Shown: one piece after another, positions 29,093-39,002 of the stretch
Position numbering within the stretch: the stretch's first letter is position 1
Layout: each line of letters opens with the position of its first letter
NCBI GenBank assembly: GCA_937911225.1
Contig: CALDQM010000104.1
Coordinates: 7,938 to 71,937 of the forward strand
From: an uncultured Cellvibrionales bacterium
GTDB taxonomy: Bacteria > Pseudomonadota > Gammaproteobacteria > Pseudomonadales > Porticoccaceae
Direction: 5' to 3'
DNA: 64,000 bases
The notes under the pieces: generated by a model
Seen by the model: only the letters and a program-made list of their open reading frames with translations
Databases searched by the model: none
What the model was told of the DNA's origin: nothing
Translations under genes and position numbers: made by a program

Positions 29093-31915
29093 ATGGATAC
29101 CATTCAGGTTCGTGGTGCTCGCACCCATAATCTTAAAAATATTGATATTGACCTCCCTCGCGATAAATTTATTGTCATCACGGGTTTGTCTGGGTCAGGT
29201 AAGTCTTCACTTGCCTTTGATACGCTATACGCCGAAGGTCAAAGGCGCTATGTAGAGTCACTATCGACTTATGCGCGCCAGTTCTTATCAATGATGGAAA
29301 AGCCCGACGTCGACCATATCGAAGGACTTTCACCGGCCATTTCTATTGAGCAGAAATCAACCTCTCATAATCCTCGATCAACGGTCGGTACCATTACCGA
29401 AATTTATGACTATTTACGCTTGTTGTTTGCTCGGGCAGGAGAGCCTCGATGCCCAGATCACAACAATGCTTTAAAAGCTCAAACTGTCAGCCAAATGGTA
29501 GATCAAGTCATGGAGGTGGCTGAGGGTACAAAACTTATGCTCTTGGCCCCGGTGGTCAAAGATCGTAAGGGAGAGCACTTACACCTTTTTGAAACGTTGC
29601 GCCGCCAAGGGTTCATCCGCGCAAGAATTGACGGCATAGTATGTGATCTTGATGAGGCTCCGACACTCAATAAAAAGCAGAAGCACACGGTAGAAGTTGT
29701 CGTAGACCGATTTAAGGTAAAGGATGACATCGCTCTTCGGCTAGCTGAGTCGTTTGAAACTGCGTTGACACTGGCTGAAGGCTTAGTCGTCATCAGTTAT
29801 ATGGAGGAAGAGCAACCCGATCAGCTTTTCTCAGCTAAGTTTGCATGCCCAATCTGTAACTATAGCCTGAACGAGCTTGAGCCGCGATTATTCTCGTTCA
29901 ATAACCCGGCGGGGGCCTGCCCTACCTGCGATGGCTTAGGTGTTCATCAGTTTTTCGATATTGATCGAGTCATACAACACCCTGAAGCATCGATCGCAGA
30001 AGGTGCTATTCGCGGGTGGGATCGGCGGACATTATTTTACTACAACATGCTTACCTCGTTAGCAGAGCACTATGCGTTTGACATTGACACGCCCTGGGAT
30101 AAATTATCTCCCATACACCAGCAGAAAATTCTATTTGGTAGCGATGACGAAGAAATTACGTTTAATTATGTGAATGATCGTGGCACCGTTTTTCGTCGCG
30201 AGCATAAGTTTGAAGGTGTCATCCATAATATGGAGCGCCGCTATCGTGAGACCGAGTCTCAATCTGTTCGAGAAGAACTGACTAAATTTATGGCAACATC
30301 AAACTGTCCAGAGTGCTCGGGAACTCGTCTGCGAAAGTCAGCACGTAACGTCTTTATAGACAATAAGCGAATTGAAGATATTGTCAGTATGCCAGTGGGC
30401 GATTGTGCCGACTACTTTGAACAACTCAGTCTCGTTGGTCGTCAGGGTGAAATTGCCGAAAAGATTGTTAAAGAAATCCGGCAGCGATTTACTTTTTTGG
30501 TTGATGTCGGTCTCAACTACCTCTCTTTGAACCGAAGTGCTGACACTCTCTCTGGTGGGGAGGCGCAGCGTATTCGACTTGCGAGTCAAATTGGTGCTGG
30601 CTTAGTGGGTGTAATGTATATTCTAGATGAGCCGTCTATCGGTCTTCATCAACGGGATAATGAAAGACTTTTAAAAACACTGATTAGACTGCGTGATCTT
30701 GGCAACACCGTAATCGTTGTAGAGCACGATGAAGAGGCCATTGCAGCGGCTGATTACGTTGTCGATATTGGTCCGGGTGCCGGAATCCATGGCGGTGAAA
30801 TCGTCGCAGAAGGGTCAGTTGATGATATCCGAAATAATAAAAATTCAGTGACAGGTCAATTCTTGTCCGGCGTTAGAGCAATTGAAATTCCGAAGAAAAG
30901 ACACGCGGGGAAAGGTAAAACTCTTTCGGTAGAAGCGGCTACGGGCAATAACCTACAATCAGTGAATCTAAATATCCCCATTGGCGTATTCACCTGTATT
31001 ACTGGTGTTTCAGGTTCTGGAAAATCCACACTGATTAACGAAACGCTATACCCAGCTGCTGCTGTTGCATTGAACAAAGCAACCACCTTGAAGCCCGCCG
31101 CTCACAAAAAAATTACTGGGCTCAACCTTTTAGACAAATGTATTGATATCAATCAAAGCCCCATTGGCCGCACGCCGCGTTCTAATCCAGCGACCTATAC
31201 CGGAATCTTTACTCCCGTTAGAGAAATATTTGCAGGTACTCAGGAAGCGCGTTCACGGGGCTATGCGCCAGGTCGTTTTAGCTTTAATGTAAAAGGAGGT
31301 CGTTGTGAGGCCTGTCAGGGAGACGGGGTCACCAAGGTTGAGATGCATTTTCTTCCCGATATTTATGTACCCTGTGATGTCTGCGTCGGAAAACGCTACA
31401 ACCGAGAAACCCTGGACATTCACTTCAAAGGCAAGAATATCCATCAAGTCTTAGATATGACTATTGAAGATGCTCGTGATTTCTTCGATGCGATACCCGC
31501 AATTGCAAGAAAATTGCAGACACTTATGGATGTAGGGCTCTCTTATATCAAATTAGGGCAAGCAGCTACTACGCTATCTGGCGGTGAGGCTCAACGTGTA
31601 AAATTGTCCAAAGAGCTTTCTAAACGGGATACAGGTAAAACGCTCTATATTCTTGACGAACCCACTACAGGGTTGCATTTTCATGATATTGAGCAACTGC
31701 TGGCGGTACTGCACAGACTGCGAGACCATGGCAACACCGTCGTGGTTATTGAGCATAATTTAGATGTCATAAAAACCGCTGACTGGGTTGTCGATTTAGG
31801 GCCTGAAGGTGGTTCTGGAGGCGGTCTAATTATTGCAGAAGGAACACCGGAGCAGGTTGCAGAAACAAGTGGTTCGCACACTGGATATTTTCTAAAGACA
31901 GCGCTCGCAGTATAA
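29093..31915 (+). CDS. uvrA: Excinuclease ABC subunit A
   Basis: [18 protein letters not shown], two LSGGEAQR signatures, Cys zinc-finger motifs. Confidence 0.98.
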   Translation: MDTIQVRGARTHNLKNIDIDLPRDKFIVITGLSGSGKSSLAFDTLYAEGQRRYVESLSTYARQFLSMMEKPDVDHIEGLSPAISIEQKSTSHNPRSTVGTITEIYDYLRLLFARAGEPRCPDHNNALKAQTVSQMVDQVMEVAEGTKLMLLAPVVKDRKGEHLHLFETLRRQGFIRARIDGIVCDLDEAPTLNKKQKHTVEVVVDRFKVKDDIALRLAESFETALTLAEGLVVISYMEEEQPDQLFSAKFACPICNYSLNELEPRLFSFNNPAGACPTCDGLGVHQFFDIDRVIQHPEASIAEGAIRGWDRRTLFYYNMLTSLAEHYAFDIDTPWDKLSPIHQQKILFGSDDEEITFNYVNDRGTVFRREHKFEGVIHNMERRYRETESQSVREELTKFMATSNCPECSGTRLRKSARNVFIDNKRIEDIVSMPVGDCADYFEQLSLVGRQGEIAEKIVKEIRQRFTFLVDVGLNYLSLNRSADTLSGGEAQRIRLASQIGAGLVGVMYILDEPSIGLHQRDNERLLKTLIRLRDLGNTVIVVEHDEEAIAAADYVVDIGPGAGIHGGEIVAEGSVDDIRNNKNSVTGQFLSGVRAIEIPKKRHAGKGKTLSVEAATGNNLQSVNLNIPIGVFTCITGVSGSGKSTLINETLYPAAAVALNKATTLKPAAHKKITGLNLLDKCIDINQSPIGRTPRSNPATYTGIFTPVREIFAGTQEARSRGYAPGRFSFNVKGGRCEACQGDGVTKVEMHFLPDIYVPCDVCVGKRYNRETLDIHFKGKNIHQVLDMTIEDARDFFDAIPAIARKLQTLMDVGLSYIKLGQAATTLSGGEAQRVKLSKELSKRDTGKTLYILDEPTTGLHFHDIEQLLAVLHRLRDHGNTVVVIEHNLDVIKTADWVVDLGPEGGSGGGLIIAEGTPEQVAETSGSHTGYFLKTALAV

Positions 31916-31916
31916 C

Positions 31917-32627
31917 CTATGAGTGACTATGCTCGGACTGCCACCCCAGGTAGTCTGAGACCATAAGGTCTACTGCTTGTTGCTCAAACGGTCGTAAGCC
32001 GCTAAGAATAAGGTGTTTGACTCCTCTCCCTACCAGGGTTTTTCCATCGAATACTCTGAAATGTAAATGAGCATCTCCCCGCTTGCCATCGACGTCTAAG
32101 GTTGTTTCCGATAATTGTAAGGTCGGTTTAGTTAAACTAAGTTCATCTAATTGCAAAGACATGGACTGGTAAATGACCAGTGGACGTTGCGCATTAATCA
32201 TTACATTTTTCTCAGTCATCAATGGCACTAAAATATGCGGGAAATTTTGTCCGGAAAAATGTACATAGGCTCTAATAAGTTCCTCTGCTCCAGCAGCGGC
32301 CGATACTCGATTACCCTCTAGCGAGAGTCTTAAATACTCCTTCCCTCTGCCATCTAAAATCTGAAACTGGTTAGATTGATAAGGTGGGAAAATAAGAGCA
32401 GTATCCGCAGGTACCAGACCAGAGAAGTGAAATTCCATCGACTGCGCCAGGCCATAACGCTCAACAGCTAGGGCAAATAGTAAATCACCCGGAACGCAAA
32501 AGCGTCTATTGCCGGGGTCATGAATTGGGTTAAAATCGCCGCTGACGGTTTTAGCAAAATCGCTGGCCTGATCGGCACTAACAGATAGTCGAGTGCCACT
32601 TTGGTGCGCAAATTGATCAATAAACAT
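31917..32627 (-). CDS. DUF3581 family protein (hotdog-fold-like, carries a MaoC hydratase motif)
   Basis: QASDFAKTVSGDFNPIHD...RRFCVPGDLLF; RPLVIYQSM; KRGDAHL. Confidence 0.8.
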   Translation of the reverse strand: MFIDQFAHQSGTRLSVSADQASDFAKTVSGDFNPIHDPGNRRFCVPGDLLFALAVERYGLAQSMEFHFSGLVPADTALIFPPYQSNQFQILDGRGKEYLRLSLEGNRVSAAAGAEELIRAYVHFSGQNFPHILVPLMTEKNVMINAQRPLVIYQSMSLQLDELSLTKPTLQLSETTLDVDGKRGDAHLHFRVFDGKTLVGRGVKHLILSGLRPFEQQAVDLMVSDYLGWQSEHSHS

Positions 32628-32630
32628 GTA

Positions 32631-32996
32631 TTAATCCAATTCTGCTTCGAACTCTTCAAGTAAATCCAGAGGCTCAATTTCTGCACCTTCAAGATCAACA
32701 TTCCAATTTACACCGACCAGCAGCACATCGCTGTGCATGCCAGGTAGCCAATCATCTAAAAACTCTTCCATCTCAATGGCCACTGGCTTATAGACATCCC
32801 ATTCTCCAACGCATAGAGCTTCAGCCAGTAACTTGGAGGACCAAAATGGAATGACATCAATATCATCATGATCAGTGGAACCAACCAACGCCCAGTTTTC
32901 AGTAGAATCTTGGAGCCCCCATACACAGCCTTGCTCAAGACACTCAACAATCAAGCGGTCAAAGTTTTCTTGAAGGTTATCTGACAGAGGTTGCAT
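32631..32996 (-). CDS. DUF2750 family protein
   Basis: VWGLQD...W, IPFWSS..LAEALCVGEW..Y..VAIEMEEFLDDWLPGM..D...VGVNW. Confidence 0.85.
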   Translation of the reverse strand: MQPLSDNLQENFDRLIVECLEQGCVWGLQDSTENWALVGSTDHDDIDVIPFWSSKLLAEALCVGEWDVYKPVAIEMEEFLDDWLPGMHSDVLLVGVNWNVDLEGAEIEPLDLLEEFEAELD

Positions 32997-33358
32997 AGAG
33001 TTATCCCGATTTAAGTTACAGTGTTAAAGGCGCCCATGGTAACCGTTTTAGCCTCGTATCCCAACACTCAATGTTTACTCAAAAAGTCCTTCGCAAACTA
33101 ACCACTAATTATGTGCATGCCCAACTGTAACAACGTTTTCTCCCACCATAATGTGACCTTAATGCTAGAGAGCAAGAGCTTGCGTGCTTGAGGGTCAAAC
33201 GCTAATAATGTGGTGTCGATATGAGCATGCTAGCTGACGATGAGAATAGCTAGATTGTCTCAATCTCTGTTGACATAAATCTGCTGAGCTTTGATGCTAG
33301 ATATGGAGGCTTCAACAGATTTACTTTTAATTGGCTAGTCTTTCACTATTCCAGCGAA

Positions 33359-33505
33359 TCAAAAAATATCCTTCATCTGTTTAAGCGAAAGCGGTGGTCT
33401 CACAGAGTGCGCTAGTAAGTCACAATTACCACACAAAGGTATCACGTCATCAAGAGTGGTTTTCCGTTCACCCTCAGTAATAGGGTCTAGATGATGAATC
33501 TGGAT
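33359..33505 (-). pseudogene. Truncated HNH endonuclease remnant (C-terminal 48 codons, McrA-like)
   Basis: Manual translation IQIHHLDPITEGERKTTLDDVIPLCGNCDLLAHSVRPPLSLKQMKDIF*; an in-frame TGA lies immediately upstream, there is no start codon, and the usual CxNCH reads CGNCD. Confidence 0.75.
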
Positions 33506-33576
33506 TCAACATATCAGCGATTACAGGAGTGGTTACAGTGTTCAGTGCACTTCGATGAGATAAAAAAGAGCAATTT

Positions 33577-33598
33577 AAAAAGGCCAGCAAGGCTGGCC
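33577..33598 (-). terminator. Rho-independent terminator after the SPFH gene
   Basis: Minus strand GGCCAGC-CTT-GCTGGCC-TTTTT. Confidence 0.8.
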
Positions 33599-33631
33599 CC
33601 GAGTTTTGTTACGTACTTATAAACAACCCGT

Positions 33632-34483
33632 TTACTTAGTGTTGTTCATAATGCCGCGAACTGCAGCAGGTATATCCGCTGGCAATACTACCAATTTTGC
33701 GTTGTCAGACCTGGCCATGGATTGCATCGCTTCAATATATTTTTCACCTAGCATATACATAGCGGGTAGTTCTTTATCTTGAATGGCTTCGTTAATCTTT
33801 GTTAGCGCAGACTTAGTTGCTTCGGCTAAAACTACTTTTGCTTCAGCGTCACGCCGCGAAGCCTCAAGACGACCGTCAGCTTCAAGAATTGCGGCAGTTT
33901 TCTCACCGTCGGCTCGGGTCACGGTTGCGCGTCTCTGACGCTCGGCCGCAGCCTGTTCTTCCATCGCTGACTGCATGGTTCCCGAGGGCTGAATATCCTG
34001 AATTTCAACAGTTTTTAGCGTAATACCCCAGTCAGCGATATCATCCGAAATTGATGTTTTCAGCTTTGCTTTGATCTGATCACGTGAAGATAGGGCGTCA
34101 TCGAGTGTCATCTCGCCAACAATCGAACGCAAAGATGTCTGGACTAATGTGCGAATAGCTAGCTCATAATCCTCCACCCCATAGACCGCCTTTTCTGGAG
34201 ATAGAATATTAATATACGCCACTGCATTGGCGATAATCACTACGTTGTCACGCGTAATGACTTCCTGAGAAGGAATTTCTAATACAATATCTTTAGTGGT
34301 CGCTTTAAAAGCTACCACATCGATATAGGGAACCAAAAAATTTAATCCGGGGCTTAATGACTTATGAAACTTTCCTAGCCTTTGCACAACCCACTTTGAC
34401 CCCTGAGGCACCAACCGAACAGCCTTAAATAATGTGATTAACGCAACTAAAAATACTGTACCTATAGCAATAAGATTACCCAT
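33632..34483 (-). CDS. SPFH/band 7/stomatin family protein (QmcA-like)
   Basis: VPQGSKWVVQRLGKF, QEVITRDNV, SLRSIVGEMTLDDALSSRDQI, EQAAAERQRRA. Confidence 0.93.
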   Translation of the reverse strand: MGNLIAIGTVFLVALITLFKAVRLVPQGSKWVVQRLGKFHKSLSPGLNFLVPYIDVVAFKATTKDIVLEIPSQEVITRDNVVIIANAVAYINILSPEKAVYGVEDYELAIRTLVQTSLRSIVGEMTLDDALSSRDQIKAKLKTSISDDIADWGITLKTVEIQDIQPSGTMQSAMEEQAAAERQRRATVTRADGEKTAAILEADGRLEASRRDAEAKVVLAEATKSALTKINEAIQDKELPAMYMLGEKYIEAMQSMARSDNAKLVVLPADIPAAVRGIMNNTK

Positions 34484-34505
34484 TTTTTAATATCTCCTTA
34501 ATTAA

Positions 34506-34958
34506 TTAATCGAGTCTGACAACCACAAGGGTTTGGTCAGAAATTTCCTGTATGTGTAGCCTATCACCTAGTTCAACTTTGGTGTCGCATTTAAAGTACC
34601 ACTCGTCGCAATCAAGAACCGGCGTACTGAATCTCATACTTCCCAAGGTGCTCTCTGTGGGAAGCTTTATCACTAAACCAGATTCCCCTATAGCCGATTG
34701 TTGCGATTGCTTATTTTGATTAGCTGCGGCCATTTTCGGTTTGATCGCTTTGAACCAGCCCACTGCAAAAAGTACTGAGGATACAGTCCATAGTAATATT
34801 TGAACGGTCATAGACATAGGAACAAACATCTCAACGAAACCCACTACTAGTGCACCTAAGCCGAACCATAGAATCGTAAAGCTAGGTACAAATATTTCAG
34901 CGACAACCAACAACATGCCAAGAACTAACCAATGCCAGTACAACAGTTGAATATCCAT
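34506..34958 (-). CDS. NfeD-family (YbbJ-like) membrane protein
   Basis: WHWLVLGMLLVVAEIFVPSF; C-terminal OB-like GSMRFSTPVLDCDEW; paired with the SPFH gene. Confidence 0.88.
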   Translation of the reverse strand: MDIQLLYWHWLVLGMLLVVAEIFVPSFTILWFGLGALVVGFVEMFVPMSMTVQILLWTVSSVLFAVGWFKAIKPKMAAANQNKQSQQSAIGESGLVIKLPTESTLGSMRFSTPVLDCDEWYFKCDTKVELGDRLHIQEISDQTLVVVRLD

Positions 34959-35090
34959 TTAAACCCCTTAAGTAAAATTAACAAACAATGGTGCATCAAC
35001 ACCTGCTCAATACACGCTTCCCTATTGACGATGAATACTCTATCACCTTCTGCCCCACACAAGAGACATAAAATGATTCAACTGACTAAC

Positions 35091-35540
35091 TCATACAATA
35101 CCTAAGCACATGGTTAGTGCATCTTCACGACCAAACTCTGTAGGATAATAATCTCTTCGCTGACCGATTTCTAAGAAACCCATCTTGTTATACAAACGAA
35201 TTGCTGAAAAATTAGATACTCTCACCTCTAGATAGACTTTATTAACACTATTAGCAAGATTATTGATGCCATGATTAAGGAGGTACTCGCCATAACCCAA
35301 CAACTGGCAATCATTATGAATCGAAATATTTTGTAATTCGGCTTGGTCAATAATGGTCCTAAGCACTACAAATCCAGCCAACTTTTGATCCAGTATCAAA
35401 ACCTGAGTGCACTGAAGCGATTCGATAATCTGCTGTTTAGTCCACGCATGCTTTGCATTTCGCTGCTCAATCTCAAACACTGCGTCAAAATCATTGGGAC
35501 ACATTTGGCGCACATTAACTACCGTAGTGCTGGCGATCAT
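35091..35540 (-). CDS. rimI: Ribosomal protein S18 alanine N-acetyltransferase
   Basis: VYLEVRVSNFSAIRLYNKMGFLEIGQRRDYYPTEFGREDALTM. Confidence 0.92.
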   Translation of the reverse strand: MIASTTVVNVRQMCPNDFDAVFEIEQRNAKHAWTKQQIIESLQCTQVLILDQKLAGFVVLRTIIDQAELQNISIHNDCQLLGYGEYLLNHGINNLANSVNKVYLEVRVSNFSAIRLYNKMGFLEIGQRRDYYPTEFGREDALTMCLGIV

Positions 35541-36295
35541 TGTGTCTCTTGCTGCCGATGAACCTCGCCATTTGGTGCAAAAGGTTTAATTACATCCCAT
35601 GCCTGGCGCTTTAATTTAGGGTCAGTAATCATTTCTTCCAGTGAGGGGATTACAACAGCAGTGACCTTCTCATTTACCTTAACTTGCCCATGCTTAAGAT
35701 CAAATTTTTGTTGATCTGTCAGTACCCAGTCAGTCGTTACTGAGCCTAGCATTAATATCATATGCGTCTGACTACTTTCTAATCTAGCGTTAATAAGCGT
35801 CGACAGAAAATCTCTAGCGTCTATCTCGCCACCCTGCATATTGGCGAACGGCGGCCACTGTGCAAGCTCGAACTGAGGTAAGACTCCACCCTTATGGCCC
35901 ATTGAAATGAGAATATTAGACAATAACTGCGTCTGCTCAGGACTTGGCAATTCATTATCTAGGGCACCACAGATTAGTAATTTATCATGAGGCTGCCAAA
36001 GTGCTATTTTCACCTCAATGCTTTCACTTGTGATCGAAGTCATCTCTGCAGAGGCGGCACTCTGGTCAGACAATGTCCCGCTAGACACAATCAAAGGCGA
36101 TTTCTCAGCAACTATAACTTCAGGTATGCCAGCATGTTCAGTTAGTAATTGATTGATTGCCGTTGCCCTTACTTCCGTCAGCGGTTCCTTCTTAGGTGGA
36201 GCGAGCGTCCCTTCGCTATCATCGACAAAACCTCTCGGTATATACTCCACAATACCCAGTGTTTTTAAATAATGATGGCGAAGAGCGTCAACCAC
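35537..36295 (-). CDS. holD: Probable cryptic DNA polymerase III psi subunit (pseudomonad-type HolD)
   Basis: N-terminus RHHYLKTLGIVEYIPR resembles the psi clamp-loader-binding peptide; C-terminus PSLEEMITDPKLKRQAW; immediately upstream of rimI, the holD position. Confidence 0.65.
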   Translation of the reverse strand: MVDALRHHYLKTLGIVEYIPRGFVDDSEGTLAPPKKEPLTEVRATAINQLLTEHAGIPEVIVAEKSPLIVSSGTLSDQSAASAEMTSITSESIEVKIALWQPHDKLLICGALDNELPSPEQTQLLSNILISMGHKGGVLPQFELAQWPPFANMQGGEIDARDFLSTLINARLESSQTHMILMLGSVTTDWVLTDQQKFDLKHGQVKVNEKVTAVVIPSLEEMITDPKLKRQAWDVIKPFAPNGEVHRQQETQ

Positions 36296-37848
36296 TAAAC
36301 GCCTCCCAACTGAGGATGTAGCCGTCCAGGGTTGCGCATTAGCGTCAACGCATGCAAGTACGCTTTTGCACTAGCTACCAAAATATCAGTATCGGCGCCT
36401 TGGCCATTAATGATTCGCCCCTCTTTTTCTAAACGAACCGTTACGCCTCCTTGAGAATCCGTTCCCTGCGTAACTGCATTTACAGAATAAAGTTGCAGCT
36501 CAGTACCACTCTTTATCAGTTTTTCAATCGCATTAAAGATGGCATCAACTGCACCATCGCCACTGGCTTCAGCCGCATGATTCTGATCCTGATAACGAAT
36601 AGTTAATTTTGCATGAGGCGACTGACCCGACTTTGATAATACTTCCAATTCAACAAGGGTTAGAGCTTCATCTTCGGTACCCATCTGCACATCCGATACC
36701 AGCGCCTGAAGGTCTTCATCAAAAATCTCACGCTTCTTGTCAGCTAAATCTTTGAAGCGCCGAAATGCCTGATTAAAATCTTCTTTACTGTCAAAACTTA
36801 TACCAAGATCTCCTAACCGAGCGGCAAGTGCTGCACGCCCTGACAACTTACCAAGCGACAATTTATTAGTTGACCAACCCACATCTTCAGCTTTCATGAT
36901 TTCATAGGTTTCTCGCATTTTTAGAATACCGTCTTGGTGTATTCCTGATTCATGTGCGAAGGCATTAGCGCCCACAATCGCTTTGTTCGGTTGCACTGGG
37001 AACCCAGTAATACTTGATACCAGCCGCGATATAGGCACTATGTGCGACGGATCAATCATTGTCTCAACAGGATATAGATCTTGGCGCGTTCGAATCGCCA
37101 TTACTATCTCTTCCAAGGATGCGTTACCCGCCCTTTCTCCGAGGCCATTAATCGTGCATTCCACCTGACGCGCACCGCTTTGGATCGCAGAAAGGCTATT
37201 AGCTACGGCCAGACCCAAGTCATTGTGGCAGTGAACTGAAAAAATGGCCTTATCAGCGTTAGGAACTGTGTTCATAAGGCGCTGAATCATTGAGCCATAT
37301 TCACCAGGTGCTGAATAACCAACGGTATCTGGTAAATTAATGGTTCTCGCCCCAGCAGCAATAACTGCCTCAGTCACTCGGCACATAAAATCAAAATCGG
37401 TTCGACTAGCATCTTCAAGTGAAAATTCGACATCATCAATCAAATCTCTCGCGGTTTTGACCGCACCAATCGCCTGCGCTAAAACGTCCTTCGGCTCCAT
37501 CTGCAGCTTATATTTCATATGGATTGGGGATGTAGCAATAAAGGTATGAATACGTCCTGCACTTGCCCCTCGAAGCGCTTCACCAGCACGCTCTATATCA
37601 CCGGTCATAGCCCTAGAAAGACTACATATCCGGCTATCTCGGACAGTATCTGCAATCAGTTTTACCGCATCAAAGTCGCCTTGACTGGACACTGCAAAGC
37701 CTGCCTCGATAACATCTACATTCATTTTTTCTAGAACCGTAGCTATTCTGAGCTTCTCATCTTTTGTCATAGACGCGCCCGGACTCTGCTCGCCGTCACG
37801 AAGAGTCGTATCAAAAATAACTAATTTTTCTTTTGTTGTCATGGTCAA
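36295..37848 (-). CDS. leuA: 2-isopropylmalate synthase
   Basis: [47 protein letters not shown]; C-terminal regulatory domain [16 protein letters not shown]. Confidence 0.97.
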   Translation of the reverse strand: MTMTTKEKLVIFDTTLRDGEQSPGASMTKDEKLRIATVLEKMNVDVIEAGFAVSSQGDFDAVKLIADTVRDSRICSLSRAMTGDIERAGEALRGASAGRIHTFIATSPIHMKYKLQMEPKDVLAQAIGAVKTARDLIDDVEFSLEDASRTDFDFMCRVTEAVIAAGARTINLPDTVGYSAPGEYGSMIQRLMNTVPNADKAIFSVHCHNDLGLAVANSLSAIQSGARQVECTINGLGERAGNASLEEIVMAIRTRQDLYPVETMIDPSHIVPISRLVSSITGFPVQPNKAIVGANAFAHESGIHQDGILKMRETYEIMKAEDVGWSTNKLSLGKLSGRAALAARLGDLGISFDSKEDFNQAFRRFKDLADKKREIFDEDLQALVSDVQMGTEDEALTLVELEVLSKSGQSPHAKLTIRYQDQNHAAEASGDGAVDAIFNAIEKLIKSGTELQLYSVNAVTQGTDSQGGVTVRLEKEGRIINGQGADTDILVASAKAYLHALTLMRNPGRLHPQLGGV

Positions 37849-38022
37849 ATTACCTTTTCAAAGCCATACCTATCAACTGCTACTATTGTAGAACGCAATC
37901 GACCTAATATTCTACTTGCTTATTGGCACGCCGAAAGATCACACGTTATACACAATAAACCGCCACTTTTAGCGAATCATGTCCGCTTTGTACTATTTTT
38001 GAGGTATAACAATAGATGCCCC

Positions 38023-38109
38023 TCAGGGCAGGAGAACGAGAAGAGCACGCATAGGAAGCACACAAAGTGCGCTTTCAAGAAAGTTAAGAAGACTGGTTGA
38101 GTAATTCAT
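38023..38109 (-). CDS. Putative leuA leader peptide (28 aa, 9 Leu), not in the ORF track
   Basis: ATG at 38109: MNYSTSLLNFLESALCVLPMRALLVLLP*; all Leu codons are CTN; the stop lies in the loop of a TGCCC-TGAG-GGGCA hairpin; about 175 nt upstream of leuA. Confidence 0.65.
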   Translation of the reverse strand: MNYSTSLLNFLESALCVLPMRALLVLLP

Positions 38110-38157
38110 GAATGTATTTAATCAGATTTGCGCGATAAATCCAAGCGTTGCAAGCAC

Positions 38158-38946
38158 CTATTCTCTAACTGGAATAAGCCCAATTTTTTTGCCAACCCAG
38201 ATAAATGGAGCCGAAAATGCAAATGCTATAGCAATGGCAAACAATATTCGCGGTGGGTCAATGGTAATTACCACAAAGCCCATCACCGCAGATAGAATAA
38301 CAATAAAGGGGACTTTGCCTTTTAAATCAACCTGCTTAAAACTAGGGTACTGAAAGTTAGAGACCATCAAGAGGCCAGCAGTCGCCGTAAGAGCGGCACC
38401 TAGACTGGACAACCAAAATGATGGCACTACATCATGAAGTGACCACACAAACCCGGCGACTAAAGCTGCCGCCACTGGACTGGGAAGCCCAGTAAAGACT
38501 TTGCCATCAGAAATTCCTGCCTGAACATTAAACCGCGCCAGCCTCAGCGCTGCACATGAGGCATAGACGAAAGCTGCGGCCAAACCTATCTTCCCAAGGT
38601 CGCTGACACCCCAACCATAAGCAACAATTGCTGGGGCAACCCCAAAAGAAACCATGTCCGACAGGCTGTCATACTGAACACCAAAATCGCTTTGGGTATT
38701 AGTCATACGAGCAACGCGTCCATCAAGACCGTCAAACAGCATGGCAGCAAAGATTGCCATCGCGGCCCATTCATACTGCCCACTAAATCCTGATAGTACC
38801 GCGTAAAAGCCTCCGAACAATGCACCGGTGGTCAGTAAGTTGGGCAGCAGATAGATCCCCTTCCGAACCGGTCTAACCCCCGGCTCTGAATTATTTCCCT
38901 GCTTAATTTCAACCACTTTTTCTGCTGACTCTGACTTGTTTACCAT
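38158..38946 (-). CDS. pssA: CDP-diacylglycerol--serine O-phosphatidyltransferase
   Basis: RKGIYLLPNLLT, DGLDGRVARMTNTQSDFGVQYDSLSDMVSFGVAP, RLARFN, GLPSP. Confidence 0.95.
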   Translation of the reverse strand: MVNKSESAEKVVEIKQGNNSEPGVRPVRKGIYLLPNLLTTGALFGGFYAVLSGFSGQYEWAAMAIFAAMLFDGLDGRVARMTNTQSDFGVQYDSLSDMVSFGVAPAIVAYGWGVSDLGKIGLAAAFVYASCAALRLARFNVQAGISDGKVFTGLPSPVAAALVAGFVWSLHDVVPSFWLSSLGAALTATAGLLMVSNFQYPSFKQVDLKGKVPFIVILSAVMGFVVITIDPPRILFAIAIAFAFSAPFIWVGKKIGLIPVRE

Positions 38947-39002
38947 ATTACGAATCTCGACATTACCCTTGAATTCGGTTGGCCATTATACGCCAATCAC
39001 TC

